Origin: an uncultured Vicinamibacteraceae bacterium
Lineage (GTDB): Bacteria; Acidobacteriota; Vicinamibacteria; Vicinamibacterales; UBA8438
Assembly: GCA_964507425.1 (NCBI GenBank)
Contig: CAZDQD010000071.1
Location: 36,016 to 100,015 of the forward strand
Direction of reading: 5' to 3'
Length of the DNA: 64,000 bases
In this document: piece after piece, positions 37,426 through 48,315 of the stretch
How positions within the stretch are numbered: position 1 is the stretch's first letter
Layout of the letters: every line of letters begins with the position of its first letter
Program-made: the position numbers and the translations under genes
The notes under the pieces: generated by a model
Databases searched by the model: none
The model's input: the letters and a program-made list of their open reading frames with translations, nothing else
What the model was told of the DNA's origin: nothing

Positions 37426-40309
37426 CGAAAAAATAACGTTCTCCTAGTTTAAACCCGAGATCGACACGAATAGGCCCCACCGGTGAGCTATAACGTAGCC
37501 CGAAACCAGCCCCAGCTCTTATTCGACGTAAAGTCATCTGCGCGACCTGGTCATATACATTTCCAGCGTCCAGAAAAGTCACCAGCCCAAGCACTCGAGT
37601 GAGACGTATTCGAAGCTCAGAATTAAACACGAGCATGGCGTTACCACCTTGCGGAAAGCCATTTTGAGCAATAGTACCGCCAACTCGCTGACTCGGATCA
37701 CCAAGTCGGTCAAGGGCGAAACCGCGAACTGTCGTATCACCGCCGGCAAAAAACCTCTCACTCATCGGTAGGTCAAGAACTCGCCGAGCCTCCCCTGAAA
37801 GGGCCACCATCGTATTGTCTGCGACCACCGCCTGCGGAAAACCCCAGGCTAATCCAACTCGTGCTCCAGTAGCGAGCACGAAGCGCGATTCATCTTGAAG
37901 CTCTTTATAAAATGTCCCCGAGATGAATGTTTTTGTAAAGCCAACTGCTGAACCTATGGCACGTGCCGCGAGCTCCGTCTCTGCACTTACAAATGTACCG
38001 CGGGTTGGGTCAAAAGCATCGTTTCGAGTATCACGGTGTTGGCTGACACGAAACGACGATAGACGAACTTCTGGAAACAATCGATCAACAATATTACTGT
38101 CCTCGAGATCAAGCTGACGGTTGGACGTATCATTTTCACCAAGTCGATAACCGATAGTAGTGCTTAAGACATCGCCAACCTGGCGCGTGACCTGCGCTGT
38201 GACGCCACGGCTAAACAAATCAAAAGAAGGTCTGATCGCCTGTTCAATGAAACCAGACATCAAGACATCCCACCCAAGACCAAACGACCGCGGTTCACGA
38301 TATGTACTCAGAAGACGGTACTCATTGAACCCAAGCGTAGGCGCTGCGTCGACGACACCTTGGCTGAACGGGTCATTCTTTCTGCGCAAACTAACCCTTG
38401 AAAATAGATTAATCGATCGGTTTTTCCCCCATAGATTGCGACGCCCGATCTCAAACGAACCTCGGGGTGCAAATTCAATCCGTTCGACTGCCGCACCACC
38501 ACCGGCTGTCGAACTCCTCCGTAATCGTTGCGATACCTCCAGACCCGCACCGTACGCGACACTTGTTGCGGGCGCTTCCTCAACCTCAATAATTAGATCA
38601 CGTTGTTCGTACCGACCATGGCTAAATTCACGTATGTCAAGGCGGCGAAACATCCCAAGTGCGTTAAGACGTCGTCGGCTCTCGGCCACATCATCAAGAC
38701 CAAGTGGATCACCTGGACCGAGAGCTAACTCACGACGAATCGTGACCGAATCCACCTGGTCGTTACCAACGATCAGGACATGGTCAACCACAACCTGACG
38801 GCCTTCGCTAACACGAAAGACTAGTTCAACCTGACTAAAGTCATCGGCAAACCGTGTCTCTACATCGACAACAGCCTGCTCATATCCCTCGTTCAAATAC
38901 ATTACCGTCAACAAATCTTCATCAGCACTCAATTGAGGACCATAAAACGTGCCGCCCGTATCCAGAGATAAAACATCTTTTAGTTCTTCAGACGTCCACG
39001 CCGTGTTCCCTTCAAAAATTATCGAGCCAACCGACATTCGCGGTCCTTCGACGATCTCAATCACAACAGATTGCTGAACGTCTTCTGCTGCACCTAGACC
39101 ACTATCAGTAGTGCCAGTATCTCTAACCGCCCAAGCCGCACGGACGGTCGCAAAACCAAACTGCTGGTACTGCTCCTCTACAGCTGCTAATCCCGCGTCC
39201 AGCTCAGCAGTAACGAAAGCCTCTCCTGGGATAGCATTTACAAGCGGACGAAGCTGCTCGGTCGAAATGCTCTCGTTACCACTGAAAGCGATGTCGGACA
39301 CCGTATAGAGTGGTCCCCGAGTCACCGTAAAAACTATCAATAACTCGCCCTCTGTCTCAGTGCGAGTGTGACCAACATCTGCCTCCCGAAAACCAAGAGA
39401 ACGCAAGTAACTTTGAATCCTGCGGTCCGCATCTTCCAACAAGTCTTCGTCAACACTGGTCTCTCTCTCAATTAGTACCAGGTCAGAGAGAACCTCGTCT
39501 GGAACCTCGTCGCCGGCAAAGGCAACAGTCACTTGCGGACCGCGCGATATATTCAACCTAATATCAATTTGCGAATCAGTTATTGAATCGACACTATGAG
39601 TAACCTGTGCCTCGTAATATCGTCGCTCCCGCAGTTCAGCTTCGTACTCACCTAATCGACCATCGAGCACGACACCATCATAAAAATCTCCGTCTTCAAG
39701 TCCCAGACGTGCACGAAGTGTTTCGTTGAGGGCCGGAGACGCCACACCAGTAATAAACCACCGATTTACACGTGCCTGTGGACCAGCATCCACTTCTAAT
39801 ACGAGTGTGCGCTCTTGCAAACGTGCAACGATGTTCGGTGCAAGAAATCCTCGGTCAGCATAGTAACCACGGGCGACTTCCACAACATCACCGATAAGCG
39901 CCTGAGAAAAAATGTCCCCAAATCGCCTCCCTATGGCGCCGCTAACGTCAGCCTCTTGAAGAACATGGTTGCCAACAACCTCAACACGTTCAACAAGATT
40001 TAACGGTCGCAACTCGTAAAGTAGCGCCACACCCTCATCTAGGGGAAGAACATCGACTGATATACCGCCAAAACGACCAAGACTAAAAAGATGCGCGAGG
40101 CTCTCACGAACTTCTCGCATGACAAGTGGTTGCCCAACCTCCGTCTCGAGCAACTCCCGTGCCGCAGAGTCTTCGATAGCGTAGCCCTGACTCGTGAAGT
40201 TGATTTCGATTACTGGTCGTCCAACAAAGCGGTCTGCGTCACTAGCCGCCAGCACTGTAACAGCAAAACCAAAAACGCAGATGTAAGTACTTCCCAGCCA
40301 CCGCCACAT
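37358..40309 (-). CDS. Omp85-family (BamA/TamA-like) outer-membrane protein with a long POTRA array
   Basis: Repeated I.F.GN POTRA strands; RFFAGGDTTVRGF, YSSPVGPIRVD, C-terminal ISIGQAF; ATG 40309 overlaps the TamB stop (TAATG). Confidence 0.9.
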   Translation of the reverse strand: MWRWLGSTYICVFGFAVTVLAASDADRFVGRPVIEINFTSQGYAIEDSAARELLETEVGQPLVMREVRESLAHLFSLGRFGGISVDVLPLDEGVALLYELRPLNLVERVEVVGNHVLQEADVSGAIGRRFGDIFSQALIGDVVEVARGYYADRGFLAPNIVARLQERTLVLEVDAGPQARVNRWFITGVASPALNETLRARLGLEDGDFYDGVVLDGRLGEYEAELRERRYYEAQVTHSVDSITDSQIDIRLNISRGPQVTVAFAGDEVPDEVLSDLVLIERETSVDEDLLEDADRRIQSYLRSLGFREADVGHTRTETEGELLIVFTVTRGPLYTVSDIAFSGNESISTEQLRPLVNAIPGEAFVTAELDAGLAAVEEQYQQFGFATVRAAWAVRDTGTTDSGLGAAEDVQQSVVIEIVEGPRMSVGSIIFEGNTAWTSEELKDVLSLDTGGTFYGPQLSADEDLLTVMYLNEGYEQAVVDVETRFADDFSQVELVFRVSEGRQVVVDHVLIVGNDQVDSVTIRRELALGPGDPLGLDDVAESRRRLNALGMFRRLDIREFSHGRYEQRDLIIEVEEAPATSVAYGAGLEVSQRLRRSSTAGGGAAVERIEFAPRGSFEIGRRNLWGKNRSINLFSRVSLRRKNDPFSQGVVDAAPTLGFNEYRLLSTYREPRSFGLGWDVLMSGFIEQAIRPSFDLFSRGVTAQVTRQVGDVLSTTIGYRLGENDTSNRQLDLEDSNIVDRLFPEVRLSSFRVSQHRDTRNDAFDPTRGTFVSAETELAARAIGSAVGFTKTFISGTFYKELQDESRFVLATGARVGLAWGFPQAVVADNTMVALSGEARRVLDLPMSERFFAGGDTTVRGFALDRLGDPSQRVGGTIAQNGFPQGGNAMLVFNSELRIRLTRVLGLVTFLDAGNVYDQVAQMTLRRIRAGAGFGLRYSSPVGPIRVDLGFKLGERYFFGDENNQTLEPLTALHISIGQAF

Positions 40310-43300
40310 TAGAAGGCATGCCTGACACGGAAATCGAGAGCGTAAGTCCGATCTTCGTTCTGTGACAACACCCAAGAAAGCCGGTCGCTCGCATCGTACT
40401 CAAGTATCACTATCAGATCCTGGTTATTGCCACTCACCGCCCTCGAAAACGTTACGTGAGCCCGGTCTGAGATACGTTTTCCAATAAGAACGCGTGCGGT
40501 TGGAATCAACTGAGTCGACTGTTGTGCGGCAGGGTCATCAAGCGAGGGTGTAATTTCGAACGTGTCCACACCGAACGACCGCTGTATTACACTTCCGACG
40601 CCAGATGAAAGCGGGTTTGTCAACAAACGCGCACCAGCCGCCTGCAAAAGCTCCTGCTGGGATGATTCTCGAGCACGAAGAGTTCGAATTTCTGCCTGCT
40701 GCGGATCTCGTATGTCGCCTAGTAATAGGCCAATAATCTCAAATTGTTGCAGTGGTGGATCAGACTCAAGTGTCGGTGACGCTAATCTATCCAGCGTCCC
40801 TGTTAATCCAAGTGTTACTCTGTACGTCTGACCTGGAACCCGAATATCGGTTTCAGCCTCTATCTCGAAAAATGGCTCAATCTCAATCGGATTCGAAAAT
40901 CCGACACTACCCCTAATTACACGGTACCGATTACCTTCGAAATAAATCTGCCCGCGATCAATTTCTGCGTTGCCAACCAATATTGGCTGCGAGTACGTGC
41001 CGCGTAACGTGAGGTCGGCACTCGCAACAATTTGGGCCCGGTTATCTGAGATGCGGAGGCTCGACGGGGCCGATATCTGGAGGTCGTAATTCAAGGGAAT
41101 CGTGTCCTCCTCAACACTCACGACTGGCGTCTCCCCCCCGCCTGACAAACTAATAAGAGCCCCGTTCGTTTGAAACAAATCAAGCCAAATTGCATCTCTG
41201 ACGTTGACTATTCCACCCAAAGTCGGAGACTCAATAGAGCCTCGTAGAGTGAGGTCGGCATCTACATCGGAACGAATCCCCTCGACTCGTAAACCCATAT
41301 TTTCACCAGTCGCAGTAACATCAAGAACTCCAACCTGGTAACCCTGCAAACCTATCTGACCACCAAATTGAACGCTCCCACCACCGAGTTTGGCCGCCAA
41401 ACCGTCCAGCTGAACACTTCCTGGCTCAAAAACAACCGTTCCGTTCACTTCGTCGAGAGAGTGGGGCAATGAAAAGTGACGTAATCGTCCATCTGTAACG
41501 CGCGCCTCTCCTACCAGGGTTGGGGCCGCGAAGGAACCGCTGAGTTCCGTCACCACACTCATAGTCCCTGACCCGCGAACATCCTGGAAAAACCCCTGCA
41601 GAATATCGAGACTCGCATCGCCGTTAACGTCCAACGACAGTTGTTCCTCAGAAAGAGCGACGTCCCCGGAAAGTTTCAGAGCTGTTCCTTCACCCTCCAA
41701 CTCCATCTGGGACACGTGAATCACGTTATTCTTGAGTGCAAAACTAACCGGACCACTATTCGAAACCCCATAATCGAAAAGTTTCAGGTCCAGTTGTTCA
41801 GCTATTGCATCGATCGTCAGTTGTTCAGCATCGGCAAGTGAACCTTCGACCTGAATGGTTCCACTCGTCACGAGAGACGTTTCCTTTGGAAACTCTGGCT
41901 GCAACGTCCGGATGAACGGGTCAAGCGTTGTATTCGTTACCCTGAACCTGAGTTCCGACTGCAAGTCATCTGACAGCTCGACACGTCCGGACCCGGACAC
42001 GGCCAGCGTTGGCGAGGCGACCTCCAATTCAACCGCCATTAGACCATTCTGAACCTCCAGACGACTGGTTACTTGACCAACAGATGCTCCCTCGATAGCC
42101 AGGTCCGTCATCGTGCCACGAATCTGGTAACGAGGATTATCAAAAGACCCAACCCCGGATACAGAAAAGTCAACATACCCTACAACCGGTGCACCCAGTC
42201 GATCGAACAGCTGCGACGTGACCAAATCAAAATTTCGGGCATCCGCATTGACCGAGTAGGTGCCATTCCAGCGCACATACATCGCACCAGTAAGTTCTCC
42301 ATCGCCCTTCAATATAGTTAACCCATCAAGCCACACACCCTCGCCCTCAAAACGAAGCCCCGCTTCTGTTTGGTCAAACGATTCACCATACGCCAGCCCA
42401 CTACCAATGCGCAGGCGCCCAAAACCAAACGGTCTTCGATATTCCCCATACAGCCGAATCTCTCCATGCAATGGACCATTAATCGGATATCCCTGAATCG
42501 AAAAAGCATCTCTAACATGCTGAGCAGGAATACCGTCCAACTCAAAACTGGCATCCATTTCCTCTGCACCATCTGGCACTCGACCGATTGCAAACAGTCC
42601 ATTAACGCGAACGCTTGAATCCTCGTCGCTAAACATCCCATTGGTAACATCGAGCATCCCACGTTGAACAACGAGGCTGCCCTCACCATGCCCCCAATCG
42701 ACATTCCAAGCCGTAACGTCATCGCCATCAAACAGCGCCTCAACCACTGGCGAGAAAAAATCGTCGCGCATTTCTCCTACCATAGTTCCGTATCCGCCGA
42801 CGGTCATTTCACCAGTGGGTCGGCCAAAGGCTGTCATCATAGAAGCAAGCAGTCGATCACTTTCCTGCCAGTTGGCACTCTTGACCTCAAAGGGAATTCT
42901 CGACCGATTCCCCCACGCTGTCTCTCCGTAAAAATCAACGGCCGTTAACGGCGTCGCGATCCAACTCGGAGAGATCACAATTTCATCTGGACCGAAAATC
43001 ATCTCAAGGTTCGCACCCATCGGGAACTGCCACGGATCGCCCTCTGGCTCGAACGGCACCTCTGCATATCTCCAACCACTGCGTTTTGCCATCGGCCGTT
43101 GGCGTCGGTCCTGCAGAAATACAGTATCGGGCGGTGCGATCGACAGTGAAGTGCGCCCTCGCCGCTCAGCAAACTGCCCGAGTGGCCACTCGAGATACAG
43201 ACTGCCAGAGACCGACCCACTTGGACGTATCCCTCCAATTTCGAGTTCAGTAATTAACCCCTCCAGATTCGTGTTTTCTATATGCGGGGAGAAAGTCGAC

Positions 43301-44520
43301 ACAGCCGGAAACTCGGATCCAAGAGGCTCCATTGAATATGTAAAATCGAGCTGGCCGTCATAGAACCCAGAACGTGCCCGTGTAATTTCAAATCGATCAC
43401 GTGTCCAAACAAGGTCGCCATTAAGCTCTGGAAATTCGAGACCTGCAAGAGTGGCATCACCACTCCTAAAGGTCCCCGTCAGTTCACGTCCACCATCAAA
43501 AATATGCCATTCGCCTGTAAAAGTGGCCTCACCTGTCGTTACGAAGTCGTAGCCTGCAAAAAAGACGCCCTTCATTATCGGCAGATCAATCGATGAGTCC
43601 GTAACCCGATAAACCGATTCAGGCCAATTTAGAAAATCGACGTCTCCCTCAACCACACCCTCGAATCCGTCCATCTCCACATCAACACGCTTCAAATCAA
43701 CGAGCCCGCCATCCAGTTCAAAAGTTGCGCTCATACTGGTAATCATCGGTTCAAAGTCGCCGATCTTCACCGTGCCACCGTGGAAAAAAACCTGACCGCC
43801 ATAACCAGCTGCCTTAGTCAATGTAAGATCAATATTAGGCGCGATAACGCTCCATGGAGCGCCGTAATCCTCATAGACAAACTCGCCGTTGTGGGCACGC
43901 AAATATTGGACCGTCGTTACAAAACGACGACTTTCAGAATCGTCAGTAGTCGACGCCTCGTCGACCAGGTTTGCAATTTCAGTCTCTCCCGCGTCACTTT
44001 CATTCACCGGATCAAGATTGTCGGTCTGACTAACAAACGAGGGGAACGTATGGTCTCCCTCATCGAATTGTTCGACCAACATGCGCCAGCCATCAAGGTC
44101 GACGGAATCGACTAAAAACTCGCCATCCAACAAAGGCAACCAGGCTGTCGTCAATACCAATCGCTTAGCAACAAAAAAAGGCCTGTCGCCCTCCGTCCGA
44201 CCACCAATAACTAAATCTTCAATCAAGAAACGGCCGGGCAGTATATAAGTGCTCAAACGACCGATAGTGACCGACCTATCGATACGGCTACTAGCGAACT
44301 GCTCTGCTCGAATGCGCAAAGCTGGTCCTAAATCGATGGTCACAACTGAAACCAGAGCCGCAGAAAGAAGCCCGACAGCCAACAACACCAACCAACGTCC
44401 GTACTGACGGAGCCGACCAAGAGGCTGATGCCACCACCGCGTTTCATCCTCTGATGGACCCACCTCTGAATCTACGCGGTCGTTTACATCCCGATCATCA
44501 GGTAATTGCTCGTCCGTCAT
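40309..44520 (-). CDS. tamB: TamB/AsmA-like translocation and assembly module protein
   Basis: 1403 aa, N-terminal TM anchor, beta-rich repeats, C-terminal DUF490-like region (ADLTLRGT..P.L.G, IGKRISDR). Confidence 0.85.
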   Translation of the reverse strand: MTDEQLPDDRDVNDRVDSEVGPSEDETRWWHQPLGRLRQYGRWLVLLAVGLLSAALVSVVTIDLGPALRIRAEQFASSRIDRSVTIGRLSTYILPGRFLIEDLVIGGRTEGDRPFFVAKRLVLTTAWLPLLDGEFLVDSVDLDGWRMLVEQFDEGDHTFPSFVSQTDNLDPVNESDAGETEIANLVDEASTTDDSESRRFVTTVQYLRAHNGEFVYEDYGAPWSVIAPNIDLTLTKAAGYGGQVFFHGGTVKIGDFEPMITSMSATFELDGGLVDLKRVDVEMDGFEGVVEGDVDFLNWPESVYRVTDSSIDLPIMKGVFFAGYDFVTTGEATFTGEWHIFDGGRELTGTFRSGDATLAGLEFPELNGDLVWTRDRFEITRARSGFYDGQLDFTYSMEPLGSEFPAVSTFSPHIENTNLEGLITELEIGGIRPSGSVSGSLYLEWPLGQFAERRGRTSLSIAPPDTVFLQDRRQRPMAKRSGWRYAEVPFEPEGDPWQFPMGANLEMIFGPDEIVISPSWIATPLTAVDFYGETAWGNRSRIPFEVKSANWQESDRLLASMMTAFGRPTGEMTVGGYGTMVGEMRDDFFSPVVEALFDGDDVTAWNVDWGHGEGSLVVQRGMLDVTNGMFSDEDSSVRVNGLFAIGRVPDGAEEMDASFELDGIPAQHVRDAFSIQGYPINGPLHGEIRLYGEYRRPFGFGRLRIGSGLAYGESFDQTEAGLRFEGEGVWLDGLTILKGDGELTGAMYVRWNGTYSVNADARNFDLVTSQLFDRLGAPVVGYVDFSVSGVGSFDNPRYQIRGTMTDLAIEGASVGQVTSRLEVQNGLMAVELEVASPTLAVSGSGRVELSDDLQSELRFRVTNTTLDPFIRTLQPEFPKETSLVTSGTIQVEGSLADAEQLTIDAIAEQLDLKLFDYGVSNSGPVSFALKNNVIHVSQMELEGEGTALKLSGDVALSEEQLSLDVNGDASLDILQGFFQDVRGSGTMSVVTELSGSFAAPTLVGEARVTDGRLRHFSLPHSLDEVNGTVVFEPGSVQLDGLAAKLGGGSVQFGGQIGLQGYQVGVLDVTATGENMGLRVEGIRSDVDADLTLRGSIESPTLGGIVNVRDAIWLDLFQTNGALISLSGGGETPVVSVEEDTIPLNYDLQISAPSSLRISDNRAQIVASADLTLRGTYSQPILVGNAEIDRGQIYFEGNRYRVIRGSVGFSNPIEIEPFFEIEAETDIRVPGQTYRVTLGLTGTLDRLASPTLESDPPLQQFEIIGLLLGDIRDPQQAEIRTLRARESSQQELLQAAGARLLTNPLSSGVGSVIQRSFGVDTFEITPSLDDPAAQQSTQLIPTARVLIGKRISDRAHVTFSRAVSGNNQDLIVILEYDASDRLSWVLSQNEDRTYALDFRVRHAF

Positions 44521-45068
44521 TCCTTCAATTCCGTCTGGTTGACCACCAGCAGCAGCTGACCTGATTCCACCGACTCGCCTTCTGAGACACGGACCTCCTC
44601 AATTGCACCGGCTTTTTCAACAGTCAACTCGTTTTCCATCTTCATCGCCTCTACAACGACAACCGGCTGTCGCGCTTCTACTTTATCCCCCGGTTCAACC
44701 AGTACCCGAACAACCTTCCCTGGCATCGGAGCCGTGAGACGTGTGCCATCACCCTCGCTACCACCACCGACTGCCCTAATAGAATTTCGACTGCCGTTGA
44801 TGGTCGCCTGAAAACTTGTTCCATCAACACTAACGAACATCGAGCCAGCCCTGTCCACCGTCCCGCAATAGACCTTCCGACTCACTGGATCCTCTGCCGA
44901 TGCTAGATGCACTAGTGACAACCGCATCCCATGCTGACTCTGCTCCATAACCTGAGCATCGACTTCAAACGCCCTGTCGTCCCAGGAAACCAAATATCGA
45001 GCTGGCCTGAGAGTTTTCTCAAGAGTAACTTCACGTACCTTCCCATTAACCTCAACCTCGATACGCAT
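44517..45068 (-). CDS. Biotin carboxyl carrier protein subunit of an acyl-CoA carboxylase
   Basis: APMPGKV, biotinylation motif EAMKMENE. Confidence 0.93.
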   Translation of the reverse strand: MRIEVEVNGKVREVTLEKTLRPARYLVSWDDRAFEVDAQVMEQSQHGMRLSLVHLASAEDPVSRKVYCGTVDRAGSMFVSVDGTSFQATINGSRNSIRAVGGGSEGDGTRLTAPMPGKVVRVLVEPGDKVEARQPVVVVEAMKMENELTVEKAGAIEEVRVSEGESVESGQLLLVVNQTELKE

Positions 45069-45076
45069 TAATTTTC

Positions 45077-46603
45077 TTACCGTAACCCTTCAGCACGAGC
45101 TACGTGACGCCAATCTCCACGGCGACCACGGTTCGTTCTTTCAGTTCTGACAACTCTGCTACCACCCAACCCTATCGACACCGCGGCCGCTAACACCGCT
45201 AGGTCCTCAAGTTCATCGTTTCGTTGAATATCTACAAATGGAACGTCCGCACCTGAAAGCAAGACACCGTCCAAGTACGTCGTATCAAAACGAGCAGCCC
45301 CAAAATCTGACGTCGCCAGCAACCAACGAAACATGGGAATGGTAGTCGGGACACCAACAACCTCATATTCCGCAAGCGCCCTAAGCATCCGCTCAATGGA
45401 TGCTGGTCGGTCGCTAGCATGGGCAATCACTTTGGAAATCATGGAATCGTAATAAATAGGCACTTCAAATCCTGGCTCGACACCACAATCGACTCGAACT
45501 CCTGGCCCCTCCGGAAGACGATGAAAAGTTAAAACTCCAGGAGACGGCATAAACCCGGCTGCCGGGTCTTCCGCATAAACACGACATTCGATTGCATGCC
45601 CCTTTGGTGTGAGAGCAGTTTCCTGGTCGATAGTCAGGCGTTCGCCCTCTGCTATGCGGAGTTGCCACCTTACCAAGTCAATACCCGTAACCATTTCAGT
45701 AATCGGATGTTCCACCTGCAATCGCGTGTTCATTTCGAGAAAGTAGAACTCGTCTGACAATTCATCGAACAAGCATTCAATCGTGCCGGCGTTTGTGTAG
45801 CCAACCTCTTTGGCCAATCGAACAGCAGCATCGGCCAGAGCCCTTCGTGTCTGTTCCTTAATGACGGGAGACGGCGTCTCTTCAATAACCTTCTGGTGCC
45901 GCCGCTGTATCGAGCACTCGCGCTCAACAAATGGCACAACCGTGCCATATTTGTCAGCTAGCAATTGCACCTCAATATGGCGTCCTTGCTCAATACAACG
46001 TTCCAGATAAACATCACCATTTCCAAAAGCTGATGCCGCCTCGGACCGAGCACCCTGGACGGCCCGGAGTAATAAATCAGGGTCGCGTACCAGGCGCATC
46101 CCCTTTCCACCACCTCCAGCCACCGCCTTAACAAAAAGCGGGTAACCGATCAGCGCGCCGGCTTCCCTAATGGCACCATCAGTTGCATCGTCGGAAAGCG
46201 GACCATCCGTTCCCGGCACAGTCGGCACGCCAGCCCGCTCCGCGACCTGACGTGCAGCCGTTTTGCCACCCATCAAAGCAATGACCTCAGAACTTGGTCC
46301 GATAAAGGTAAGCCCCGCCTGCTCGACGGCACGTGCAAAATCAGCATTCTCAGCCAAAAATCCATAGCCCGGGTGGATTGCATCCGCACTGACCTGCTGT
46401 GCAATCGCCACAATCTTGTGAATGGCCAAATAACTCTCTGATGGCTCATTCGCGCCCAAACCTACTGCCTCGTCAGCCTGTTGCACATACGGAGCCCTAC
46501 GGTCACAATCCGCGTAGACCGCCACCGTAGTGACGCCGTGCTCTTGGCACGCTCGTATTATTCGGAGTGCAATCTCGCCTCTATTGGCAACAAGAACTTT
46601 CAT
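45077..46603 (-). CDS. accC: Biotin carboxylase subunit (AccC/PccA-like)
   Basis: KVLVANRGEIA, HPGYGFLAEN, GGGGKGMR, ERECSIQRRHQK, EMNTRLQVEH, YDSMISK. Confidence 0.93.
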   Translation of the reverse strand: MKVLVANRGEIALRIIRACQEHGVTTVAVYADCDRRAPYVQQADEAVGLGANEPSESYLAIHKIVAIAQQVSADAIHPGYGFLAENADFARAVEQAGLTFIGPSSEVIALMGGKTAARQVAERAGVPTVPGTDGPLSDDATDGAIREAGALIGYPLFVKAVAGGGGKGMRLVRDPDLLLRAVQGARSEAASAFGNGDVYLERCIEQGRHIEVQLLADKYGTVVPFVERECSIQRRHQKVIEETPSPVIKEQTRRALADAAVRLAKEVGYTNAGTIECLFDELSDEFYFLEMNTRLQVEHPITEMVTGIDLVRWQLRIAEGERLTIDQETALTPKGHAIECRVYAEDPAAGFMPSPGVLTFHRLPEGPGVRVDCGVEPGFEVPIYYDSMISKVIAHASDRPASIERMLRALAEYEVVGVPTTIPMFRWLLATSDFGAARFDTTYLDGVLLSGADVPFVDIQRNDELEDLAVLAAAVSIGLGGSRVVRTERTNRGRRGDWRHVARAEGLR

Positions 46604-46739
46604 TCGGTGAACACCTAAGTCTTACGGTCAAGCAACATCAAAAACGACGCATCTGACTACGAGTCTAGCATTTAAAGGATTTCTTAGACCCGTGCATACT
46701 GCCACCAGACAGCGGTTTCCTGAGAGCCTGGAAAAGAAG

Positions 46740-48281
46740 CTAAAGTGGGATGTTTCCGTGTTTTTTGGGGGGATTCTTGTCTCGCTTACCTTCGAGACTC
46801 CTGAACGCTTCTGTGACGCGTCGTCTAGTCGTTCGCGGAGCAATAACCTCGTCAAGAAAACCTCTGCTGGCAGCGACAAACGGCGTCGCAAATTTCTGTC
46901 GGAATTCCTGAATGCGTGCCGCCCGAAATTCATCGGGATTATCTGCCGCGTCGATCTCCCGCTTGTACAGGATATTCACCGCCCCCTCTGACCCCATAAC
47001 TGCAATTTCTGCCGTCGGCCACGCAAAGTTCACATCGGTACGAATATGCTTACTCGCCATCACACAATATGCGCCACCATAGGCCTTCCGGGTCACGACT
47101 GTTACTTTCGGCACCGTTGCCTCCGCAAAGGCATATAACAACTTGGCACCATGTCGGATAATGCCACCGTATTCCTGCTGGGTGCCGGGAAGAAACCCAG
47201 GCACATCTTCAAACGTCAACAACGGGATATTGAAGGCATCACAAAAACGAACAAATCTAGCCCCCTTAACGGAGGCATCGATATCGAGTACGCCCGCAAG
47301 ATGCGCAGGTTGGTTAGCCACCACACCAACAGAACGGCCGCCCAACCGCACGAAACCAACTACAAGGTTTCTTGCGAAATACTGATGCACCTCCAGGAAA
47401 TGGTTGTCGTCAGCCACCGTACGAATTAGTTCCAGGATGTCGTACGGTTGATTTGGCGAGTCCGGAACCAAGTCATCAAGCAGCGCATCCTCTCGCTCAA
47501 CAGGATCATCGGTCGTAACTTCTGGTGGATCGCCGAGATTATTACTCGGAACAAATCCAAGTAATTGCCTCAACAACGCTAAACAATCACGATCTTCTGG
47601 CACAGAAAAATGTGCAACGCCGCTCTTCGCATTATGCGTCATCGCACCGCCTAGTTCATTCTTAGTCACTTCCTCGTGTGTCACTGTCTTGATGACATCT
47701 GGTCCAGTCACGAACATATAGCTAGTGTCCTCAACCATAATCGTGAAATCAGTAATAGCAGGTGAATAGACCGCTCCACCTGCACAAGGTCCCATGATTG
47801 CTGATATCTGGGGTACGACCCCAGAGGCTAACGTGTTACGTAAAAATATATCTGCGTAACCTGCGAGGGACGCTACGCCCTCCTGAATACGCGCCCCACC
47901 GGAATCGTTAAGCCCGACTATGGGCGCACCGTTCTGTACAGCAAGATCCATAACCTTTACGATCTTGGCCGCGTTAGTTTCCGATAGGGATCCACCGAAT
48001 ACCGTAAAGTCTTGCGCAAAGGCATAGACAACCCGTCCATCAACAAGTCCGCTTCCAGCCACAACACCATCACCCGGAATCCGTTGCTTTTCCATACCGA
48101 AATCATGGCACCGGTGCATCACTAGCTTGTCAATCTCACGAAATGTTCCTGGATCAAAAAAGAGCTCAATCCTTTCACGCGCAGTCATCTTCCCCGCATC
48201 GTGTTGACGTTTACGCCTATCCTCACCACCCGCAAGCTCCGCGCGTCGTTCGTAGTCGGAAAGGGCTGTATCTTTATCCAT
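46740..48281 (-). CDS. pccB: Acyl-CoA (propionyl-CoA) carboxylase carboxyltransferase beta subunit
   Basis: [47 protein letters not shown]. Confidence 0.93.
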   Translation of the reverse strand: MDKDTALSDYERRAELAGGEDRRKRQHDAGKMTARERIELFFDPGTFREIDKLVMHRCHDFGMEKQRIPGDGVVAGSGLVDGRVVYAFAQDFTVFGGSLSETNAAKIVKVMDLAVQNGAPIVGLNDSGGARIQEGVASLAGYADIFLRNTLASGVVPQISAIMGPCAGGAVYSPAITDFTIMVEDTSYMFVTGPDVIKTVTHEEVTKNELGGAMTHNAKSGVAHFSVPEDRDCLALLRQLLGFVPSNNLGDPPEVTTDDPVEREDALLDDLVPDSPNQPYDILELIRTVADDNHFLEVHQYFARNLVVGFVRLGGRSVGVVANQPAHLAGVLDIDASVKGARFVRFCDAFNIPLLTFEDVPGFLPGTQQEYGGIIRHGAKLLYAFAEATVPKVTVVTRKAYGGAYCVMASKHIRTDVNFAWPTAEIAVMGSEGAVNILYKREIDAADNPDEFRAARIQEFRQKFATPFVAASRGFLDEVIAPRTTRRRVTEAFRSLEGKRDKNPPKKHGNIPL

Positions 48282-48315
48282 GCCAGACCTCAGCTAACAT
48301 AATTATGCTGCGTGA

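Noticed and set aside
38160-38798. Long antisense ORFs (also 14406..14945, 61532..62116, 49090..49554, 6238..6714)
   Set aside because: They are shadow frames opposite well-supported genes, with no motifs or RBS.
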